Shown here in pieces: positions 57,270 through 64,000 of a DNA stretch of 64,000 nt. Within the stretch, counting starts at the first letter, position 1. Each line of letters starts with the position of its first letter. The stretch is taken from NCBI GenBank assembly GCA_965214705.1, contig OZ243972.1, positions 1,440,001 through 1,504,000 of the forward strand, in the 5' to 3' direction. Made by a program: the position numbers and the translations under genes. This DNA is from Alphaproteobacteria bacterium (GTDB taxonomy: Bacteria; Pseudomonadota; Alphaproteobacteria; UBA828). The notes beneath the pieces are model-generated. The model saw only the letters and a program-made list of their open reading frames with translations. It had not been told where the DNA came from and searched no databases.

Positions 57270-58427
57270 TCAGTCCTGAGGAAGGGCCGCAGTGTCGAGG
57301 ACACGATCGAGCACTTGCCGCACGGCGTTGCGGTAAGCTCGGCTCGGCGATCTCGATTTTCCCTCAGTGGCGGACGCATGAATGGCGGAATCAAAGGGAA
57401 CTGCGACGTCGGGCTTCCGATCGCCGAGCGCATAGCGGATATGGGCCGACGTCAGTGCGCTTCGGGGCGTTCTAGGCAGACACTGCACCAGCGTCGCGGG
57501 GCGGTTTGTGCCCAGTAGCGCTAGACAGCGCACCGCCGCGCTCAGACTGGAGAGAGTGGGCTCATAGAGCAGCACACGGGCGTCAGTGTGTTGCATGACT
57601 TCCAGTTGCATCACAGGATCCGGAAAACCCGTCACCAGCACCAGATGCGTTCGGTTGGCGAGTTGCTCGAGTAGGCTGAGCACGGTAGTCGACGATGGCG
57701 ATGCCGAAAGCGAAAGCGCGGCCTGGGGGGTGTAGGCGATCAGCGTTACATGCGTACCGGCCGGAGTGCATATGCCGTCGATCTGATCGGTGGCAGCGCT
57801 TCTCTCGGGATTGATAGACTCACCGGCGCCGAGGGCGGCAAGAAACGCGGGAAGACCGTCGGCGGGCTCGACGCCGAACAACCCCGGGAGGCGTCCTGCG
57901 ACCGGATCCAGATCGACGACCGATATCGTGCGTCCGTCGGCCGCAATGGCGCGGGCTACCGCGGCGAGGAGGGTGGAGGTGCCGCTTCCGGCGCTGCCCG
58001 CGAACGCGATCACCCGTCCCGCGTAGGACCGCTCGGTCTGGTCGTCGGTTAGCGCTGCGCATGCCTCTCGGACTAGAGAGGCTGATATGGGTTTGAGCAG
58101 ATAGTCGGATATGCCGTGCTGAAAAAGATTCCGCGTGCACTGCGCCGTGTCGGTCGAGCCGATGGCGATCACGTCGGTCTCAAAGGCGCACACCGCAGTC
58201 AGCTCCCTAGCCGCCCGGCCCGGCTCAGCGACGCCATCGAGGTCGACGAACAGGACTCTGGAAGCTGGTTCGCTTGCCAGGGTTCGCAGCGCCGCTTTGA
58301 AGCGCCCTCGCTGTATCCTGACCTTGCGGCCCGCAAGCCCCGCGCGAAGGGCGCGTAGGGTCCTGGCGTCGGCGGCGAACGCACGGGCGTAAAGGCTGTC
58401 GGGTGTCAGAGCCATGGTGGCGCTCAT
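57270..58427 (-). CDS. CpaE/TadZ-like pilus assembly protein (receiver-like + MinD-like ATPase)
   Basis: VLFVDLD...VIAIG...GISDYLLKPIS; GRVIAFAGSAGSGTSTL; VVDLD; VPFD. Confidence 0.8.
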   Translation of the reverse strand: MSATMALTPDSLYARAFAADARTLRALRAGLAGRKVRIQRGRFKAALRTLASEPASRVLFVDLDGVAEPGRAARELTAVCAFETDVIAIGSTDTAQCTRNLFQHGISDYLLKPISASLVREACAALTDDQTERSYAGRVIAFAGSAGSGTSTLLAAVARAIAADGRTISVVDLDPVAGRLPGLFGVEPADGLPAFLAALGAGESINPERSAATDQIDGICTPAGTHVTLIAYTPQAALSLSASPSSTTVLSLLEQLANRTHLVLVTGFPDPVMQLEVMQHTDARVLLYEPTLSSLSAAVRCLALLGTNRPATLVQCLPRTPRSALTSAHIRYALGDRKPDVAVPFDSAIHASATEGKSRSPSRAYRNAVRQVLDRVLDTAALPQD

Positions 58428-58461
58428 GGACGGCTAAGGGGCCCAATCCCACTTGCCGGGA

Positions 58462-59001
58462 TCATGAGCCGCCACCGATCGAGGAGGCGGTCTCGGACGG
58501 TTTCGGCAGGGGGCGAACCCGGTCTTCGACCCATCGCCGGTAGCTGTTCAATGGGCCGCCATGCGCAGCGTGCGTTACTGTCGACGAGGTGCACAATTGC
58601 GATTGCGCTTCCTGACCCTGGGTCAATGCCGGCCTAGCGGTGTTCAAAGTGATGTCGCTCGGGGATGCGACATCCTGGGTTCTCTCGGTGCATCGAAGTC
58701 GAGCGGCCTGCAGGGCGCGGTGATAGCTCACCAAGTACTCCGCTTCCGAATCGGGGGAAGCACTCGAGCCACGCAGGGGCACAAAGTAGGCGTCTCTCTG
58801 AGCAAGTCGTTCTTGGCACCCGGCGGCTGCAAGCATAACGACCAGCATACCTACGACGATCCGAAAAAGGGAGGGCAGGAATTCCGTGTTTGTCACAGCT
58901 TGATCCCGTGCATCAAACATCGCACCATGGCTTGCTCCTTGCAGAGAGTGGGTGACTCGAGTTTTGCGAGACTGCGTCTGCCAAACGGACTTAGCGCTCA
59001 T
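58462..59001 (-). CDS. Putative lipoprotein
   Basis: Lipobox-like LVVMLAAAGC; start uncertain. Confidence 0.45.
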   Translation of the reverse strand: MSAKSVWQTQSRKTRVTHSLQGASHGAMFDARDQAVTNTEFLPSLFRIVVGMLVVMLAAAGCQERLAQRDAYFVPLRGSSASPDSEAEYLVSYHRALQAARLRCTERTQDVASPSDITLNTARPALTQGQEAQSQLCTSSTVTHAAHGGPLNSYRRWVEDRVRPLPKPSETASSIGGGS

Positions 59002-59091
59002 GACATAACTACTCCAATTCTAGATCAGCAAGATTTTGACTGAACTCTGAGACCAGGCCTACGCAGAATTCCCCAAGCGGAATTCATCGCG

Positions 59092-60354
59092 CTAGCTCGC
59101 GTCTTCTGCAGCCTTGCTCATGATATCCAGATTCCTGATGATCAGAAGAACCCGCGCAAACACATCCGCTGCTGACTTGTCTTTGGCTTGGCGTGACCCG
59201 CTGGCTGACAACTGAACATCGAGATGAACCTTGATTCTCGCGATTTCCCCAAGCAGGAAGTTCGTTGCATCGAGTACATCCGCCGGTGTTACCCCTTCAA
59301 GTGAAAAACTCGGTGCTCTGGATGCATCCATGCCCAATTTTGATTGCAGATTGATTACCTTGTTTGCCGCCCTCACGACTTGTTGCGCCACTGCCACGGA
59401 CTCTTTCCCGCTTCCCAAAGCTGGAAGATCAAGGTCCAGCGAAACTCCGAGCGCTTCTGCAACCAGCAGCATTTCATCGTGAACCCGCAGCATGTGAAGA
59501 TAGAGGTCGTTGGGAGTAGCAGGACGGCCCACGAGACCGTCCAGCAGAAGAGAGGCATGGGCAAGATTGTGGTACGTGAACGTTGATGTTTTTCCGCCGA
59601 TAAAGGGAGCAGGTTCGATTGTCTCATTGACGACTACTTGCCGCTTGACCCTGCGTAGCTCCTCGATAATGATCTGGATTCTTTGAAGTAGGTCGTCCTG
59701 AGAGACGAAGTCAACTGGGATGTGACCAACCTCTACAGGAATCATGCCAAGCCGCTTCTGGAAACGGGCCGTTTTCTCCATAACTTCTAAAGACTTGGCA
59801 AAGACATGAATCGGGTCTCTATGTTTCAGAAGTGGGGCCTTACCCGGACTATCGTTGACGTGCATGGCCTTCCGCAAAATATCGATTTCCGAAACGAGAT
59901 CCGCCGTCACTTGATATACGTGGCTGGGCGTAATGTAACCCCTATCAGCTTGGTCTCGCGGAAGATTGCGGCGCCCGAGTGGTTTTTTCGATGCGACATC
60001 GGCCCTGCTGGCCGCCAATTCCCGGATCTGTGCGTCTTCTGCGGCTGTATCCTGTGCCCGATCATGCCTCTCGGAGACACCTATCTCCTCTTTTTCCTTC
60101 GAGTCCCGACCTTCGTCCGTCTCGGTTTCCGCGGAATCGCCTCCAAAGAAGCCCACTATGGATGACACGAGACCGCCCCAGAAGCCCTCCTCATCGTCAT
60201 GTGCATGGTGCTGGGTTGCGTTCCGGAAGACACGCCGACATGGTGCACGCTTCCGGGTCGGACACGCCGGAAGGCGACCGAGCTGATGGTCCGGCTTCCC
60301 TGCGCGCCTTCGCGCATCAGCCTCGGTGCAGAACGCGCACCCAACCGAAGGCAC
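59092..60354 (-). CDS. Hypothetical protein with eight helical repeats, mostly 38 aa
   Basis: Long ORF with a repeat periodicity visible in the C-terminal 280 aa; the true start is uncertain. Confidence 0.6.
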   Translation of the reverse strand: MPSVGCAFCTEADARRRAGKPDHQLGRLPACPTRKRAPCRRVFRNATQHHAHDDEEGFWGGLVSSIVGFFGGDSAETETDEGRDSKEKEEIGVSERHDRAQDTAAEDAQIRELAASRADVASKKPLGRRNLPRDQADRGYITPSHVYQVTADLVSEIDILRKAMHVNDSPGKAPLLKHRDPIHVFAKSLEVMEKTARFQKRLGMIPVEVGHIPVDFVSQDDLLQRIQIIIEELRRVKRQVVVNETIEPAPFIGGKTSTFTYHNLAHASLLLDGLVGRPATPNDLYLHMLRVHDEMLLVAEALGVSLDLDLPALGSGKESVAVAQQVVRAANKVINLQSKLGMDASRAPSFSLEGVTPADVLDATNFLLGEIARIKVHLDVQLSASGSRQAKDKSAADVFARVLLIIRNLDIMSKAAEDAS

Positions 60355-60356
60355 AC

Positions 60357-61613
60357 TTAGTCCGATTGACGCACAGCGGGAAGTGTCACCGTCATCTCGG
60401 CGTACTCGCGTGGTACGGATTCGGAGGTGATCGTTCCTCCGTGTCCGCGAACGATATCGTGAGAGAGGCTCATTCCCAGTCCGGTTCCCTGATCGGCTGC
60501 CTTGGTGCTGAAGAACGGCGTAAACATCTTCGCCATCACGTCCGGGGTCATGCCGATTCCGTTGTCCCGAATGCTGATCTCGACGGCGTCATCCGTCCGC
60601 GCGGTCTTCAGGCGCAGGGCGGGCGCGAAGCCTTCGCCCTGCTTTCTCTTCTCCTCGATCGCCTGGCAGGCATTGCTCACCAAGTTGATGAAAACCCGCC
60701 CTAGGTCCTCAGGCACGGCGCTGATGTCGCCCGCGTCCGGGTCGAGCTCCTTCTGGATCTTCATGTTGAAGCCCGGGTTCTGGGCACGGACGGCGTGGAA
60801 GGCCAGCATGGTCTACTCGACTAGCAGTTGGTTGATATCCACCGGTCGGAATTCTCGCTGACCGTCGCCGCGCCTGAAGTCCAGCATGTCGGTCACGATG
60901 CGATTGGCACGCCCGCTGTGGTGGGTGATGCGGGTCATGTTTTCGGTCAGGTCGGCGGCGAGATCCGCAACTTCCGCCTGGATTTCCTCGCTGTTCAGCT
61001 TGTCAGTCTTGCCGGAGATCTCGGCCAGTTCTTCTACAATCATTACAGACGACTCAGCGAAGTTCTTGATGAATTGAAGTGGGTTGCGAATCTCGTGTGC
61101 GACCCCGGCCGACACCTCTCCCAGTTCGGCCAGCTTTTGCTGGCTGATGATCTGGTCCTGTGTCGTCCTGAGCTGATCCAGCGTGGACTTCAGGGTCTCG
61201 TTGCCCTTTCGAAGCTCCTCCGATAGTTCCTTCTGCGCGGTCTCGAGCTGCCGCGATCGGATTAATGCTTGGCGCAGCGCTTCGAGGACTCGCCCATACA
61301 TCGAAATTTCGTCGCTGCCGGGCGTGTCTACGTGGAAATCCAGATCACCGGCGACCACCGCTTCACCCACTGTTGGAGAAACAATCCCCGTACCTGGATG
61401 ACGGCCTGCAGGAGCGTGTGAGCGAGATCGATGACCAGTGCCGCGAGCGCGAGCGCCAGCAGCGTCGTGCTGCCGTAAAAGCCCGCGTAAACGGACAGCG
61501 CGATTAGCAAGCCGGATCGGCCCACGAGGAAGAAGACACTCTTTCCGCTGTAGGTGCGAAGGCTCAGCATGTTGGGCCATGCACGCGCTCACGACCGAAA
61601 ACATCTTGCAATC
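60357..61613 (-). pseudogene. HAMP-domain sensor histidine kinase, inactivated
   Basis: AGVAHEIRNPL (H box), FINLVSNA, DNGIG, PFFSTK, GTGLG. In-frame TAG at 60813-60815, a frameshift between the TM and HAMP parts, and an IS66 directly upstream. Confidence 0.85.
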
Positions 61614-61633
61614 GTAAGAGGGGCAAATCCTGG

Positions 61634-61925
61634 GAGCGCCAGCCTAACTTTGTCGTGGACAGCCGGTGAAAGTCCGGTGAAGGGAAGGACTGACGCCCCA
61701 TCCTTGCCTTGAGCCGTGCGTCGGCCTTCGCGAGGAGGCAGGCGAAGCGTCGGTAGAGGTGCGCGTGGGCAGGACATCGAGCACCGAAAATGCCGTCATT
61801 CGGAGTGCCGAGGCCATCCAGAAGGTCGAAGGCAACACCGGCCGCCCGTTTTCGTGAGGGCGGCGGGGCTCCGCGGTGTCCGAGACCCCAGGCACGCGCG
61901 TACGTCCACACAGGGGACCTGGTGA
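61634..61925 (+). ncRNA. Group II intron domain I-like structured RNA in the IS66 5' leader
   Basis: Ordered motifs GAGCGCCAG (cf. GUGCG 5' end), CCGG-TGAAAGT-CCGG, GAAGGAC, GAGCCGTGCG...CGCGAGG...GAAGCGT, TCGAGCACCGAAA, GTGCCGAGG...GAAGGCAACAC, CGCGGTGTCCGAGACCCC and GGGACCTGG. Confidence 0.7.
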
Positions 61926-62169
61926 GCGCGCGCAGCTGGTGTGATGTCGCTTGGGGGTCCCTGTTACGCCCGGCGCTGACGGTAGTCCTTGGTGATAGGC
62001 ATCGGGCCACCTTCGGCGTTTCCTGGCCATCGCGCTTCCAGTTCCGGGTGCAGCGGCCATGGGCCCGGCCATGTGACGCGACCGCGTTGCCGATCCGGAT
62101 CAGGGGGTTGAGCGCGCATTTTTCGCTGGACTTCGCGCGCTTTACGGACAGCCTGCGCGCGGAGGGTCC

Positions 62170-63837
62170 ATGGTCGATTCGCTTCAAACCCAAGCTCGGT
62201 TGATCGAGGAACTGCGGGCGACGAACGCCGCGCAGGCGGAAACGATCCTTGAGTTGCGTGCCGAGAACGAGCGTCTCAAGGAGACGGTCGCAGTGCACAC
62301 CGAGACAATCGAGATGCTCAAGGCCGAGATCCGCCAACTCAAGAGGTTGCCCGGCAAGCCGGATATCAAACCGGGCGCGGGCGACGGAGACGGCAAGGGC
62401 TCGGGCGGCAAGGGCCTGGAGGGAGGCCGGCGCTCTTCGGGCGCCTCGAAGAAGCGGCGAGGCCCCAAGCAGGGCCGCAAGGACGCGAAGCGCGTGGTCG
62501 TCTGCGTAGAGGACGCGCCCGAGGGCTCGGTCCACAAAGATTACCAGGACTATCACGCCCAACTGCTGGAACTCGAAGTCCACAACGTCGTCTTTCAGCG
62601 CGAGCGCGTGGTGACGCCGGATGGGCGCATCATCGTCGCTGAGCTGCCCGACGGCGTGATCGGCGGCTTCAACCTTGAGCTGCATCGCTTCGTGCTGATG
62701 CTCTACCACCAGGGCCAGAGCACGATCCCGCGCATCACTGCCCTGCTCGATGGGATCGGCCTCGACATCTCGGAGCGTCAGGTGCGGCGCCTGCTGACCG
62801 GGAACAGGGAACCGTTCGTCGGCGAGGCGGCGGAGATACTGAAGGCGGGTCTTGAAGGGGCGGCCTGGATCTCGGTCGACGACACTGGCGCGCGCCATCA
62901 AGGGCGCAACGGCTATTGCATCTCGATCGGCAACGATTGCTTCGGCTGGTTCGGAACGACGGGGTCGAAGAGCCGGCTGAGCTTCCTCGACACGATGTGC
63001 GGCGCCCTCGACGAGTACGTGCTGAACGATGAAGCGTTCCGGCACATGGAGAGCCACAGCATGCCGCGTCGGGCGCTTGACGCGTTGAGGGGGCATGCCG
63101 GTGGTCGGTTTGACGGGCCTGACCTGTGGATGGCGTTCCTCGACGGGCTCGGGATCGACGCCCCCAGGGCCCGGCTCCTCGCCACCGAGGGCGCCCGGCT
63201 CGGCTGTCTGTTCGCCCATGGCCTGCTGCGCGAGGACAGCGCCATCCTGAGCGACGACGCCGGCCAGTTCGACCTCGGCCTGCACCAGTTCCTGTGCTGG
63301 ATCCATGCCGAGAGGCTCTATCGCACGTTGCCGGTCTGGAGCGACGCCAGCCGTGCGGCCGTCGATGAGGTGCGCGGCGGCATCTGGCGGACGTACCGGC
63401 TGCTTGGCGCCTATTGCCGCCAGCCAAGTCCGCGCAGACGCGCCGTCGTCGAGCGCAGCTTCGCGCGCACCTTCCGGACCGGCACCGGCTACCGCCTGCT
63501 CGACGAGCAGATCGGGCGCACCCTAGCCAACCGCGACAAGCTGCTCGCCGTGCTCGACCGTCCCGACGTGCCGGCCCACACCAACGGTACCGAGAACGAC
63601 CTTCGCGTCTGTGTCGTCCGCCGCAAGGTCTCGGGCGGAACCCGCTCGGATAAAGGCCGTGCCTGCCGCGACGCCTTCCTCACCCACATGAAGACCTGTG
63701 CCCGCCACGGCATCTCATTCTGGAACTACCTCGGTGACCGCCTGGGCATCCCAGGTGCCGAAAGTGTCCCCTGGCTCCCCGACCTCGCGCGCCAGCGACC
63801 GACCGCTGGTCCAGTGCTCGCTCCGCAGGCCATCTGA
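62170..63837 (+). CDS. IS66-family transposase (TnpC-like, no TnpA/TnpB)
   Basis: N-terminal coiled coil, ISVDDTGARH, ILSDDAGQF, LCWIHAER, HTNGTENDLR..V.RRKVSGGTRS; GGAGG RBS. Confidence 0.92.
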   Translation: MVDSLQTQARLIEELRATNAAQAETILELRAENERLKETVAVHTETIEMLKAEIRQLKRLPGKPDIKPGAGDGDGKGSGGKGLEGGRRSSGASKKRRGPKQGRKDAKRVVVCVEDAPEGSVHKDYQDYHAQLLELEVHNVVFQRERVVTPDGRIIVAELPDGVIGGFNLELHRFVLMLYHQGQSTIPRITALLDGIGLDISERQVRRLLTGNREPFVGEAAEILKAGLEGAAWISVDDTGARHQGRNGYCISIGNDCFGWFGTTGSKSRLSFLDTMCGALDEYVLNDEAFRHMESHSMPRRALDALRGHAGGRFDGPDLWMAFLDGLGIDAPRARLLATEGARLGCLFAHGLLREDSAILSDDAGQFDLGLHQFLCWIHAERLYRTLPVWSDASRAAVDEVRGGIWRTYRLLGAYCRQPSPRRRAVVERSFARTFRTGTGYRLLDEQIGRTLANRDKLLAVLDRPDVPAHTNGTENDLRVCVVRRKVSGGTRSDKGRACRDAFLTHMKTCARHGISFWNYLGDRLGIPGAESVPWLPDLARQRPTAGPVLAPQAI

Positions 63838-64000
63838 GGTCCTGCCCAAACCGGACCTCAAAGCCGGAATCACGCCGCTTCATCCCAGGATTTGCCCCTC
63901 TTACTTGCAATCTCCCCCTTTATCCAAATTCGGAATGCCACCACCTCCGGCCGGTTGAGTTCAGTTCTGGGTATCAACAACCAAAAGGAGTCATCGACCG

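Larger units (their letters stand above)
61614..63904 (+). mobile_element. Complete single-ORF IS66-family insertion sequence (2291 bp)
   Basis: Perfect 22-bp TIRs GTAAGAGGGGCAAATCCTGGGA (61614-61635, 63883-63904). 8-bp TSD TTGCAATC (61606-61613, 63905-63912). Confidence 0.95.

Noticed and set aside
60813-60815. Pyrrolysine or readthrough recoding of the amber codon
   Set aside because: The gene has other inactivating lesions and there is no pyl machinery in the window.
61634-63904. Complete self-splicing group II intron or retroelement
   Set aside because: No domain V (AGC/CGC triad hairpin), domain VI or RT/YADD ORF was found; only domain I-like motifs are present.
1-64000. CRISPR array, tRNA or rRNA genes
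   Set aside because: No regularly spaced direct repeats, cas genes, cloverleaf/T-loop signatures or rRNA motifs were recognised by eye.

Overview
High-GC (~68%) bacterial DNA, most likely from an alphaproteobacterium. An animal- or sponge-associated lifestyle is only an inference from the spondin, Calx-beta, PhyH and hydroxyproline genes. The window has three blocks. (1) 1-16.1 kb is an accessory island. It holds an IS91-like Y2 transposase plus tyrosine recombinase element, two small MITEs, an SGNH-hydrolase/SxtJ/SxtK/carbamoyltransferase cluster with a 26-C tract, a lower-GC two-gene module (toxin-like protein plus ImmA/IrrE-like protein lacking HExxH), a complete IS1595, an IS630 remnant, ihfA and a tandem pair of intact integrases next to pyk. 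(2) 16.1-48 kb is mostly core metabolic genes (pyk, ttuD, mug, amidohydrolases, MetE-like, nagA, Hyp epimerase, enolase, hyi, sugar ABC system, UbiH, GS-like) with one IS1634 insertion. (3) 48-64 kb is a decaying island of nested IS66/IS1634/integrase/IS1182 pieces, pseudogenes, a LysR regulator, an orphan CpaE, a 38-aa-repeat protein and a complete IS66-family element whose 5' leader looks like group II intron domain I. No tRNA, rRNA or CRISPR array was seen. The best candidates for undescribed biology are the IS66 with a group II intron-like leader RNA and the toxin-like/pseudo-IrrE gene pair. All family calls come from motif recognition by eye, not from database searches.
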